Source: Callorhinchus milii (lineage: Eukaryota). From it: 64,000 nucleotides of DNA. The position numbers and the translations under genes were made by a program. Below, in pieces: positions 37,915-50,449 of the stretch (the first letter of the stretch is position 1; each line of letters starts with the position of its first letter). The stretch covers positions 56,608,001 through 56,672,000 of the forward strand of contig NW_024704742.1 in the NCBI RefSeq assembly GCF_018977255.1, given 5' to 3'. Below the pieces are notes generated by a model that was not told where the DNA came from, searched no databases, and saw nothing but the letters and a program-made list of their open reading frames with translations.

Positions 37915-39050
37915 ATTATTTTTCCTTCCAAAGTGAATCACTCCACATTAATGTATATTAAACTTCATCTGCATTTATCCACCTATCTGCAAGCCTGTTT
38001 ATGTCTTCCTGCATCCTTTTACAATCCTCTTCATTATTTACCAAAGTTCCCAGTTTGGTGGTGTTCATGAATTTTGACATCATTCCTCCTATATATGAGT
38101 TGAGAGCATTTATAGTGAACAACAGTAATCCTAATGCTGCTGATAACCACTTCTTACTTTTTTGCCAGAATGATAAACTGCCCTTCAATCTGACTCTTCA
38201 TTTTCTGTTTTCTAGCTATCTCTCAATCCATTCTGCTGCCTCTTCCATGACTCCATGTGCCCCAGTTTTAGCCACAAAGTCTCATAAGTAGCACCTTAAC
38301 AAAGGCCTCCTGGAGAGATTTTTCTATTTCCCTTGTCTACTCTGTCTGTTAGCTCTTCAAATTCAATAATGTTGGTCATGCATGACTTTCCTTTTAGAAA
38401 CTCATACTTGCTATTTTCAAATACAATTCTTGAGATGCTAAGTTATTTTATTATAGACTACAATACAACAACAGATTGCATTTGTATAGTGCCTTTCATG
38501 TCAGGAAGATGTCCCAAAGCATTGAAATAGCTTGCCACTACAACAACAACAACAAAATTACATTGTATAGCGTCTTTCACGTCGGAAGGACGTCCCAAGG
38601 CGCTGGACGTCCTCAACAAATGTTAAGATAACTGGCCTGCAGTTTCATGGATTAGCTTTGGAGTCCTGTAGCTCAGTGGTAAGAGCACTCGCTTTGCAAG
38701 TGAGAGACCTGAGTTCAATTCCAGGCAGAGGGCGAAACCTTGGGCAAGTTTCCTTACTCCACGCAGCCTAATAATAATCCCTCCAAAAAACAAACAAAAA
38801 AAAACAATAAATTGTTCATTTTCAATCTACGACTGTTTGTGGGACATTGCTGTGCGCAATTGGCTGCCGCGTTCGCCCACAAATATACAGTCAATTAACT
38901 TTACAGTGTGTTCTGTGAAGAGCTTTGGGACGTCCTCCTGACGGGAAAAGCGTTATACCAAATGCAAGGATTATTATTATTATCTCTTTTTTTTTAAAAA
39001 ATGGGAATAACGTTTACTTCCCTCCAGTTTGCTGACACAACTTCCTTTCT
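37915..39050 (-). mobile_element. CR1 RT fragment interrupted by two L2 tails (~38460-38610) and a SINE
   Basis: Minus translation LLFTINALNSYIGGMMSKFMNTTKLGTLVNNEEDCKRMQEDINRLADRW (degenerate KFADDTK region); CR1 sequence resumes at ~38615 and ~38985. Confidence 0.85.
38660..38983 (+). mobile_element. Full-length tRNA-derived SINE, short subfamily
   Basis: A box tagctcagtgg, B box gagttcaattcc, Deu-like body, (TTA)n tail. Confidence 0.95.
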
Positions 39051-41404
39051 TTACTGTTCCTCTCACTGAGTCAGTGGGTCGACCTCTTTAAACAGCCATG
39101 AGATAGACATAATATGGGCACTTCATTTTACTCTCAGCTCGAAAACAAGCAATTTTGCTGTTGTACCTTTTTCCCATTTCAGTTGCCAATGGTTTGCTGC
39201 CAGTTCAGAATACAACTGGTACATTTTCCATAGGTTCTTTCTTTTAGCAATGGTGACTAGATATGTATTTGCACTGCTAGTGACTCCTTGAATGTGAATA
39301 TTGCATTTTCTTCTCAGTGACTTCTTAGGATCTGATTATTTTACTCTTACTCCACTGCTTACCAATGAAAGGGAAGTGAAATACTATTGAAGCAAGAGGA
39401 GTGGCTTAATATCAATTTTGTATTTTGATTGACAGCATTCAATAGGATGGCAGAAGGCATCAGTTCTGTACATTTAATTTTAGCATGCATATCAGTTTGT
39501 AATGGTCTTTTGAAGTCACCATGGTATCCTTTAAAGGCTATTACTATCATTAATAAGACTGGATAGTGAATGACATCACTGTGTGTGAAATACCATAAAT
39601 GCTGCAGCATACCTCAGTGATGAGATAGTGTTAGACCAGACATGCAGACAAGCCACCTTTCCCATAACAGGAAAAAAATCATAAACAAGATACTATTTAC
39701 TCTTTTACTACTTGGAGCTTAACACTTGCTGCTTGCAGAGCAATAGCCATTAACAGCCAGCAAATGCTAAAGTCGGATACTTTAAGAGATGTCCTGGGTC
39801 TCTCTTGTCCACGGATTGAATTTCAAAACTAGAAAATAAATCCGCTTGCTCTTAACATGTCACAGCCTCCGACATTTTTACTGCGAATTGTCAGTGCTAA
39901 AGGTTTAGCAGTGCTGAGCAAGAGGAGATTCTGCCACTCTGTGTGAATGAGTGGCCAGCTGGAATGTACAGTGTCTTTTTTCTGGCAAGCAATTTACTTT
40001 GAAAAGGACTAAATGAGGTTCCTAGAAGTCTTCCTGAGCATATTCTCAAAATGTTCTGCGATGTAAATTTGTCACTGATATGTGCAGGGTGGGGGAGGGG
40101 GATAAGTTTGTGATATTTCATAACATTCAACCAGAATCTGTCATGAGATGACTGATTTTTAGTTGATAATTATCGACAGCTTTCATCTCGAAACAGCTTT
40201 GGAGATTTAGTTGGTTCGTGCAACCCTTTAGAAACATTGTGGCCACCATCTTTGTTCAAGGCAAGGGGTCAATGTGTTCAATTTTAATTAAGTTACAGGC
40301 AGCATCTTAAGTTCCTTTTGCAGGATACCGGCTGAGTTTAAAAAACTTCCTATTATGCAATATAAATTAATATTTACATAGCGCCTTTCATGTCAGGAGG
40401 ACATTACAAGGAGCTTAAGTACTATACAAACACATTATGTGATCATTGCACCAAATCTGTTGTAAAATGATACAACTTCACCCTGTAACATGAATACTAC
40501 AGATGGCATCCTTTGGTGTCTCATTGGATAAGAATTATTTCAGAACTGTTTATGAAACTAAATATTTTTAGGTTTACAGCGGCAATGCTTTGTACATTGG
40601 ACAAGAGATTGAATGCCTGACAATTGAATGCAATACATTTATTCATAACTAATCTAACATTTAACCAACCAGACAATTATCAAGGTCTTGAAAGTGTAGG
40701 CAGTGTGGTAATGAAGTCATTGCTTAGCCATTGAGGGAGACGTTGAATAGAGGCGAGGTGCTTTCTAGTGGGAAGAGAGCAATATCTGATAGTAAATCAC
40801 CCCATGTCATGCTTGTTTACTTCCAAGTTGCTGGCTAGAAAATGGCATTAACAGCAGTTAAAAGGAATCTCAAAAATAAAATTCAGACAATTAACAAAGT
40901 GTACTGTCAAATCAAATATATGCTAGACCCAGTGACAAAAACTCGATGTACCTCTGGCTTTGGGTTCTGATTTGAAATCTCAGATTGATCTGCAATAAAA
41001 AATCTTGCAGGTATCTAGCTGTGTCTGAGGTCAGCTTTCCAGAAATCCACTTAGATGATAATTTCCTGCTAGGTGCCAAGAGCCATTTTGGCCATCTTCT
41101 GCCTTCATCGTCTTTGTATCAAAGGATACTGTTCTGAGCAGACTTGCAAGAGTCAACCTCAGTAACCTTCACCATTTACTAATCCTTCTGGATCTAGTCA
41201 ATTACTCCTGAATGTCAAAACCACCAGAGTTTAGTCACTACAAGCTAGGAAATGGTACCATTTAAAGCTTTAGTCAACACAGTTCAGTTACAATGCTGTA
41301 TCCATCAGATTGGTAACAATAGTAAAGGAAGAGCTTTGTTCAGACATTGGATTTCACTTTTCAATTTTGATGAAAGCAGTTCCAGTTGATTTCTCCAGGG
41401 GGGC

Positions 41405-41774
41405 AATAATAATAATAATAATCCTTGCATTTGATATAGCGCCTTATCACGTCTTTGAGACGTCTCAAAGCACTTCACAGAATGTACTGCAAAGTGAAAT
41501 GACTGTATATTTTGTGGGCGAAACGCAGCAGCCAATTGTGCACAGCAATGTCCCACAAACAGTCGTGGATTGAGTGACCAATTTTTTTTGAAAGAATTAT
41601 TACTCCCGGAAAAGGGGTTCGCCAATCGACTAATAACCAGGTGCCTACTTACTGCTAGGTAAACATAGGTGTGTGGGGTAAGGAGATTTGCTCAACATTT
41701 TTGCCTTGCCGGGAATTGAACCCAGGTCTCTTGCTTGCGAGGCGAGTATTCTAACCACTGAGCAACAGGACTCC
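41405..41774 (-). mobile_element. Full-length tRNA-derived SINE, long subfamily
   Basis: Reverse complement begins ggagtcctgttgctcagtggttagaatactcgcc...gggttcaattccc and ends (TTA)n. Confidence 0.95.
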
Positions 41775-42426
41775 ACTAATACCATCGAAAGAATTGCTCA
41801 ATAGAATTGGAAAAATGGATATGGTGAAATAATGGTGTGTATTAATATTCCCTGTGAGCAGCGGAGGTGAATAGTGTGCAAAATTTTCAAACAGGAATTG
41901 TATTTTTTTTGGCAGTAAAGGTTATTGGTTAAGGAGAATGTATTCATTTTACCGAGGCTCACTCAGAAGTATATTATGGTCAACAATCAGTAACTGTTAT
42001 TTCAATGCCAAGCCTGTAATCTATTCAAAACTTTGACTAAAAATTGTTCATCCAGTTTAAGTCAAAACAGCAAAAATTCTGTCAAGACTTCAAAGGGTCA
42101 CCATCTAAATCACAAAAATATTCCACAAAGCTATTTTGTTTGAAATAAGTGATAGTTATGGTTTAAATTGATTCTTGTTCTGAATTTGTGCCAAAACGAA
42201 CATATGCCTCTTTTCGCTCTAAACATTGAAATGCATCTAATGTGGTCCCATGTGCTACTTGAAGCCACAACCACTCACAGTAGTATGTTGGATGGTAGCT
42301 TTCAGACAAAACTGAGAAATAAAATTAAAATCACTTGCAGCAAATCTCTGTATGACGTGCCAATGGTTGCAAGTGTTGCAGAGTTAATTTCCCAGTTCTT
42401 GCAAATCCTACAGTCTTTTTTTGAAA

Positions 42427-42730
42427 GAAAACGCGAAATACTGAAGATGCTGGAAATCTGAAACAAAAACAGAAGTCGTTGGGAACACTCAGTAGGTCAG
42501 GCAGCATCTATGGAGAAAGGAAAGTGAGTCAATGTTTTGGGTCCATGACCCTTCGAAGGAAATGGGGCATGTTGGGAGGCAGAGGCTTTTAAGGTCTAAC
42601 AGGGAGGGGGAGGCAGGGCAAGGAAGACAACGAGAAAATGGGGTAGAGGACAGGGGATGATGGGTTAAAGAGATGTTAATGATGCAAAACAAAGATGGGG
42701 GGATTGCAACAAAGCAGGGGAATAGAGATG
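42427..42730 (-). mobile_element. Penelope-like element terminal remnant
   Basis: atgctggaaatctgaaacaaaaacagaa...ctcagtaggtcaggcagcatctatggag...aatgttttgggtccatgacccttcg resembles the common chondrichthyan Penelope terminus (from memory). Confidence 0.75.
42520..42562 (-). ncRNA. Degenerate, probably inactive, minimal hammerhead ribozyme
   Basis: Minus strand: ccttcga a gggtc-atg-gaccc aaaa cattgac; stem II intact, CUGANGA and GAAA boxes mutated. Confidence 0.55.
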
Positions 42731-43349
42731 TTAATACTGCAGAACAAAATGGGGGAAATGATTGCAACTGGTCTGCCTGTTTTGTTGCAATCTTTTTTCT
42801 TCCCTTTGTTCTGTCATACCAAGTCTTCAAATGGTTAAGTGGTGTTCAGTCACTGGTTGGTAGAGTACTTGTATGTGGGTGCATATGTATATATGTATAC
42901 TTTCACAATGCTCTAGATTGCTAAAAGAGAGGAGAAAGTAATGCAGAGCTGCCAGTGTAACTCTGTGCTATGGTTCATACCAGTTTACAGTTTGCCAGCA
43001 AAATAACAGAACCATGAAATTACATTGAATCAGAGATGACAATCAAATTGTTCTGTTTCTTTCAGTCCTAATGCAATCTTTCCTTTGCGCAGCTCCTGAA
43101 TAAAGTCCTCAATGTTATATTTGCAAAATGTCTTACGAGCACTGGTTTGGTTTTGGATTGCAATAAATAATCAAAGTGCCTTTTAATATAATAAAAATGT
43201 TAATTTGTTTATAAACCTGTAGTAGAAGTATCAATGTACAATAAACAGTATTTAATAGTTCAATATTGAGAAGTATGATAAACATATAGAGGTATAGATG
43301 TACATAGCACACTATATAAACTAAATTTAGATTTGATGTAGAGTGTTAC

Positions 43350-44002
43350 CAGTGAGTTATTTTGCCATGTTGTTATGTAGGCAATTCAGCAGCTAATCTG
43401 CACCAGCAACACCTCAACCCAACGGGTTAATAAATTATCAATTCATCTGTTTTTGTGGTGAATTAGATTGATGAAGGAACAATGGTCGGCTCCGGCCTCT
43501 GCACATCCTTCATTCCTTCTGTTCCGCCAATGGCAACTGTACTTTCAGCCACTACTCCCCAAATCTCTGGAACTCCCAACCTCAACCTATCCACTTTGCC
43601 CCCCTCCCCCCCCACACCCAACCCCCCGCAAGTTTTCACCTGAAGGCTTTCCTATTCAATTGTGCGACAGTGACCTTCCGTCTCTCCCCAACTCAGCATC
43701 AAACTTCGCCACTGTTAAGTGCCCTGAGATGCTACACTGAGTGAAGGGGCTACATAACACAAATTGTGGTGATGGGCAGGATATCAGGAGAACTGCCTCC
43801 ACTCCCTGAAACAGTGCCATGGGATCATCAATATCACTTGCACCCAGGAATAGGCAGATAAAACCTCAGTTTACATATCGGTGAAGAAAAGCACCTCCAA
43901 CAATCGAGCATTCCCACAGTGCTGAGTTAAGGTTCCTGGATGATGAGTTCAAGGCATGAACTTACTGTCTTCTAACCCAGAGGCATGAATATTACCAACT
44001 AG
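43350..44002 (-). mobile_element. Old SacSINE1-like DeuSINE interrupted by a plus-strand L2 3' fragment (~43485-43770)
   Basis: gcagctaatctgcaccagcaa...ttcatctgtttttgtggtg [L2] ggcaggatatcaggagaact...acagtgccatgggatc...gcacctccaacaat. Confidence 0.7.
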
Positions 44003-44711
44003 CAGTACCATGATGATTAATGCATATCCTACTCCATTTGTCCTCTCAGCATCTAATTTTAATGACTTGCTGCTTATTTGTGACATTTGCCAATGCAGAC
44101 TAATGAGTTCTATACTTCCTAGTTTTCAGAAGAATCAATCTCACCTACAAATAAGACAGTGTTATGCATCCTTAATTTCCATACCTGATGCTCTTCAACA
44201 GGAGCAGATAGAAAATGCTCACTGTTTCAAAAGATTTAGCTGAAGTCAGCAAAATCTGCAAACTTTCTCAATGCCCTTTAGTTTCCCCTTTCTGTGCTAC
44301 AACTGCATTTCACAAAAGTATTACATGTTCTCTATGTTAAAATGAAATGATCAGGTGATCTTTGATATCTAGCAATGCACTTCATTTGTTATACTTTACA
44401 GAATATCCTGTGAAACATTTTGAAACATCTTCCCAACATACTTCTAACTATTCTGTGTCACCAAAGTCGGGTCATCACATTTATTACAATCATCACCCTC
44501 ACACCTTTTGTTATTTGTTATCTCGAAGATGTGATAAGGCACTTCATCAAATGCAAGGAATATTATTATTATTTGGCAACATATTTCATCAAGGATGTGT
44601 AACAAATGGATTCTCATACATTGGTTCTGCACTGAATAATAATACCTGAATGTTAATCCTTGCTTTTGGTATTGCATTAAAGGGAATATAATAAGGGAAC
44701 AAATTAATTAA

Positions 44712-45142
44712 TCGAATTCAAGATCCTCATCCTCACCTACAAGGCCATTCACGGCCTTGCTCCCTCCTACCTCTCCGAACTACTATCCCCCTACCTACAC
44801 GCCCGTACCCTCCGTTCCTCTGGCTCCGGCCTGCTCCACATCCCCCGCCCCAACCGCCCTACCATCGGTGGCCGGGCCTTCAGCCTCTCAGCCCCGAGGC
44901 TCTGGAACTCCATCCCCAGTGCCTTCGCCGCCTCCTCCCTTTCCTCCTTCAAGGCCGGTCTCAAGACCTTTCTCTTTGACCGTGCCTTCAGTCCCCCTCT
45001 CGACTCTCTACCCCCTCCTCGCTCCCTCTCTTCCCTCCCCTCACCATTTCCCCCCTGCTCGGGTCCTGACCCAACTGTACAGCGCCTTGGGACGTCCTCC
45101 CGACGTGAAAGGCGCTCAATAAATGGAATCTTGTTGTTGTTG
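44712..45142 (+). mobile_element. Young L2 LINE 3' end
   Basis: Reads EFKILILTYKAIHGLAPSYLSELL...; CpG-rich, little decay; intact stem-loop and (TTG)n tail. Confidence 0.96.
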
Positions 45143-45339
45143 TAATTACAATCATCTGTAAATTGCACAATAATAGCACATAACGATCCATTTTAAAATC
45201 CCAGCTTCTCTTTTATTGAGGGAGGAAATAATAATATCTCCAGTTCATCCCACAATATCCTAGGTCATTCCTAAAGTACTCCAAACATGAGCCAAGAATG
45301 AGCAATCCTTCTTGAATTACAAAGTGAAATTTCTAATGT

Positions 45340-45548
45340 ATGTCTGCTTACAAAATACAGTCACTACATTTTATAGTATATTCTGTGATATGTTTTGAGA
45401 CACTATAATAATAATCTTTGCATTAGATATAGTGCTTTTCACATCTTCTAGACGTCTTAAAGCGCTTCACAGAAGACTGTAAAGTGAATTGACTGTATAT
45501 TTGTGGGCGAACTCTCCTGATATGAAAGACACTATATCAAATGCAAAG
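45340..45548. mobile_element. Plus-strand SINE 3' fragment interrupted by a minus-strand SINE fragment (~45405-45510)
   Basis: ...gttttgagacact [ataataatctttgc...gtgggcga] actctcctgatatgaaagacactatatcaaatgc. Confidence 0.7.
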
Positions 45549-45725
45549 TTCACTTTAAGGATTTATTAAATTAGAGATGCTGTCTTTTTCCATAGAAAAT
45601 TCCCAAACATTGGGAATACAATTTATTCACTGCTTTCTGTGCAATTTATTCACTGCTTTCCCAAAGAAAGTTTAGTTTTCACCTGGTCTGTTTTTCAAAT
45701 GCTGAATTCCTCAGTAATAACTATT

Positions 45726-46103
45726 GGAGTCCTGTGGCTTAGTGGTTAGAGCTTTCGCCTCGCAAGCGAGAGGAACCGGGTTCGATTCCTGGGCAGGGCA
45801 AAACCTTAGGCAAGTTTTCTTACTCCACACACCTCTGTTCTAAGTAGGAACTCGGTTGTTAGTCGATTGGCGGATCACTTTTCCGGGAGTAATAATCCCT
45901 TCAAAAATTAAATAAATAAAAATAATAATTTGACCTCTGAATCCATGACTGTTTATGAGACTCTGCTGTGCGCAATTGGCTGCCGTATTATACCCACAAA
46001 ATATACAGTTAATTCAATTGTACAGTATATTCTGTGAATCGCTTTGAGACGTCTCGAAGATGTGATAAGACGCTATATCAAATGAAAGATTATTATTATT
46101 ATT
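45726..46103 (+). mobile_element. Full-length tRNA-derived SINE, long subfamily
   Basis: ggagtcctgtggcttagtgg...gggttcgattcc...gttagtcgattggcg...(TTA)n. Confidence 0.95.
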
Positions 46104-47279
46104 GCAATTTACAGAGAGATCACTGTAGTCAGTTACATGATAGAAGGTTGACAAGTTTCAAGTGACAATTGTTTCATTATTGAAGTACTAAATACTATAG
46201 GCATAATTGTTTTGACGTATTCTCCTTGAATCTTAATGGGAAAACTTCTGGTTATTGGGACTCATTGTGCTGTGCTGTTGATTTAGGAGATTCTGAACCT
46301 GAGCTATTTTTGGATCGATAATGCATAATCTGGATTCATTTAATTTCCCTAACTCTGATATTAAACATTGCAATTTTATAACAGCTTATAAGTGGAGTTC
46401 TTGTTTTTAAAAGTGTGTGTTTTAAAAGTTGCAAAAGACCTTCAGTACTCCAAAGGGCTAACACAGCAACTTTTATACTGCATTACAATGACCTCATTCA
46501 CTACAGTCTCTGCCTTTTGATACAAAACATTCCACACAGCACACGCAAAATAAATAAACAGGTGCTCATTGGGACAAAGATTATTTTAAAGATAAGAAAT
46601 AAAAAAAATGCTGAACATTAAGTGGTATGAAAGGCTGCCTCGAACAAGACTCAGGAAAGAATTTAGCTCATAGAAAATCCCCCAAGAATGGAATTCTCCC
46701 ACGTGAGATTCAGACTGCCTCCCTGTCACCACACTTACAAAGCAGACAGTCTGGGTGCCTGTAAATTCCTTTATCTATTTTTCTATTTGCCCTCTTCAAT
46801 TTATCCTTGCACATAGCTTTCACACTGGGAAAACGTTGTATTAACCAAAATGTCTTTTGTTGAAAACACATCTCCCAGTGAAAAGCCCAGGTACAAATAA
46901 CGGGTTATTGACAGAGAGGCAAACATTTGCCCCGTGGGTGAGTTGTAGACAGAGTGGTCGAGTGTAGGAAGCTCCTTCTGAGATCTGCCTGAGGTACTAA
47001 CACTGAATCTGGGTCAGTAATATTCTTGGAATACATTTGTACAGCTGACTTGTGAGCTTTTTCTCTCTATTTGTTTGTTTTTTTAGGTCAAAAAGGTGAC
47101 TTGTCTGATAGTTTTTTATTTCCCATTGAAAACACAGGGACCATGACTTTGCATGTGGAAGTTATACAGTCTGGGCCAGTGCATCTTTTCAGCCAATCCA
47201 TTTTCTAAATGCAGATTGTGCGTGTGCTGAGGCAATTCTACCAACCCCACCGACCCTGTCATTCCCTTCATTCAGCAGG

Positions 47280-47525
47280 CGTCAGGCTACTTCATGTCAC
47301 TCGCTCTACCCTCCCCACCATTTAGCACCCAGGCTCACCTTATTCAAGTCCCTTCTCAAGACCTCCCTTAAATTCAAGTTCTGTCTCAAGAACCTCCCTC
47401 TTTTATCACACTTTCACCTTTCCCTTCCCCACCTCCCTTGGCTCCCACCCTCAGCTTAGCTACCAAGCCAGGACTGTTAAGCGCCTTATGATGTGAAAGT
47501 TCGATAAATATAAATTTGTATTGTA
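47280..47525 (+). mobile_element. Old L2 3' fragment
   Basis: ttcaagtcccttctcaagacctccc...taagcgccttatgatgtgaaag. Confidence 0.65.
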
Positions 47526-47884
47526 ATGTAATGGCCATTGTCAATATTGTAATCCAATGAAACACCAATAATGCACAGACATTTTGTAGGCTGTTTGCAG
47601 CAAGAATGGCTCAGGCTGCAATCAAATGCGATTTTTTTTCCAATTTAATGTAATCTTACTCTGAAAGAAGCAATGAGTAAAAGCACTGCACAGTGTTAAA
47701 TCATATAGGTTCTTGGTTTGAAGTATTTTGTGCTGAGTCAGCTGCACATCAATTGTGACACAATTGGCCTTAGAAACCTTGAAATTAGGGAGGGAAATTT
47801 CAGCCAGAGGATGACTCCTAATCACTATTCAGATTCCTCCCCCAATACTGAGCGATTAGACAAGCTGATCCACAATTAAACAAG

Positions 47885-48232
47885 CTAGTGCTCTTCTGTC
47901 TTGAGTGAAGATGACTCAGATCTCGTAGAGATGTATGAAATTTTAACTAAAATTGAAAGAATAAATCCAAATCAATACTTTAGAATGTTTCAAGACAATA
48001 GAACATGAAGATCATAGGTTTAAGGCTGTAAAGGAACTTCAGGAAAGGCACCAGGAAGTTTTTTTTAGCAAACGGTAATCAACAACTCAATCAGGTTGCT
48101 AGGAAGTGTGAGAGAGGACTCATTTAAAAAGCATCATAACCCAGTTATTGGGGGCAGCTAGGGTAAGTGTGCTGGATGAATGAGATTAGACCAAAAGGCC
48201 TTATTCATCCAGACCAAATGTCTGATCTTGTG
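47885..48232 (+). mobile_element. Old CR1-like 3' fragment
   Basis: gatctcgtagagatgtatgaaattttaac...ggcaccaggaagtttttttt. Confidence 0.65.
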
Positions 48233-48769
48233 ATTAGAAGGTGCATGTTTGCCCTGTTGTTTGAAGGTGGGATTAAAAATGTCCCATTCAAGGGATCCAC
48301 ATAGTCTGTGAACACTTGATATCAAAATTCACAAAACAGTAGCCAATGGTCCCTTGGCCAGATTACCAGATAGTGACCTGTATCATATTGGAAGGAAAAA
48401 AGAATCAAGATGTCTTCAAGAGGGGACAAAATAATTGGAGGAGAGGAAAAGAAAGTTTTGGGGAAAAAGACTTACAGGAATGTAAATCACAAGATGGGTT
48501 CAGATGAAAAGGCCCTTTGATCTCATCCTTCCAGAATAACTACCCTTCTGTTTTCCCATCACAGCACCAGGCTGTTCTTTTTTAACCGAAAAGAATTAAA
48601 TGAAAAGGATGAAACATAAGGATTGTTGTTCAGGAAAATCTCCCTTCTCTTTCAGACAATGTTACAGGATTTTTAATGCCCACCTGGAAGACAGGTCATC
48701 TTAACATATCCCAAGCCATTTCGAGTCAGGATCCTTACAACAGCAGAGATAGAGGACTTTAATTCCATC

Positions 48770-48960
48770 ATCATCAACAACAAGTTGCATTTATATAGCG
48801 CCCTAGGATAGCTCCTCAAAACAGGGTTGGATGCAAGCCACGGAAATGGGGGCGAGGTAGACCATTGGTGAGGTCAAAGATATACATCTTCAGGTGTGAT
48901 TTAAAGATAAATGAAAAGGAAACAAAGTGGAAAGATTAAGGCAGGGAGAGATTGAGGGCT
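48770..48960 (-). mobile_element. Old L2 3' fragment
   Basis: caacaacaagttgcatttatatagcgccct...cttcaggtgtgatttaaag. Confidence 0.6.
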
Positions 48961-50449
48961 ATGTGTGGATATGTGGATATTAGTTTAGATTGGCCTTGAT
49001 CCCACCTCCCAGTGTTGAAATGATAGTCCTACACCTCTGCATGTGACCATATACTATACACTCCAATCTAATAAATCAAATTTATGTTGTCGTTTCCCAA
49101 GCAATATTCTTGTAGAGTTTCCTTCAGACGTTCCAGCCTATATTCCCAGAGGTGTTCTTTTCGATAGAAAGTTACAGAATCCTGAAAGCTGGGGTAGGAA
49201 ATGGTGCTTCAATAATAGAAACAAAGAAAGTTTTTTTTTCTGTAGAGTTATTATTTACAGGCTGGTTGATATGCGTTTCAATGTCAAAATGAATTTTTTT
49301 AAAAGAAATATGTGGTGAAATACGTTTAAAATATTCTAGCATTTTTATTGTAGTGCAAGAATGTGGCTTCGAAAAATCCTGTTGGGGAAAAAATCTTGTC
49401 TGATTGAATTTGCTGGAAACTTATTCGAACAAACATGACAGAATTTTTGCTTTGGTCATGCTTCCCCTCTATGGTTGCTTTACTGTATGAGTTTCATGTC
49501 ATAAAAGCTTAGTCGCCGGTTAAAGGGAATGTAATGGGTGCCTGACACTTCAAATTTTTTTTCCCCAAAGGCTCTTCAAAGAAATCTGTTTGGCACTGAG
49601 ATTGGCACCTAGACGCACACATTGCTCATACCTTTGAAGATCAAAAGGTCTAAGGGCCCTAAGTACAGCAACACTGCTGACAACACTGCTTTATTTTGTG
49701 TTGATGTCATAGCAAGGAAGTTATGGAAATATTGACTGTGTGTGACTGGGCATCACCCAGTGGGAACAGCCACAGCACTCTGGTGAAGAATGCCATAGAT
49801 AAGCAGTGAATGCTTTAATCAGTGTCTTGCGTGGTGCCAGAGAATCTCAGTCAACACAGTTTTCTGAGGCCTGTATTATTTTTGGAATAATTTTAAGATA
49901 GAATTCTGATCTCATCGGTCAACGGCTGTTAATGACAAACCTCCGCTTTCTTGGAAAAGCCTTTTAGAAAGTAAACACTTTGAATATCCTCAAGCTGAAA
50001 ATCTGCTTGAAGATATGCATAATTTTTCCTGTGTTTTGAAAAGGGCAAACGTAAAATGAAAAAACGGAAAAGAATGAGACTAAATAGCTCATTCACAGAC
50101 CCAGTGAGACACGATGTGCTGAATGGTCTCCTGTGCTATAAATGGCTGTGATTCTATGATTTTCTTTTCTCATTCATTACATAATGTCATAGAAGTGAAA
50201 TTTGTGACATTACATAATATGTTCCTTCGAATAATTATTTCATAGAACGCAATATAAAATCTCAGTATATCCCTTAACTTGTTTAAACCATATGTAAACA
50301 CACTTATATACATTCTTGTACAGAGGGAATTACAGATACCTTTACCAATCTAGTCAATGAAACTTTTAAAAGATGAGGATTTAAGCCCCATGTCAAGACT
50401 TTGAACTCATAGCCTAGGCTGGCACTCTAATGCAATGCTGGAGGAACAC

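Noticed and set aside
45619..45660. 19-bp direct repeat caatttattcactgctttc
   Set aside because: Ordinary slippage-type micro-duplication
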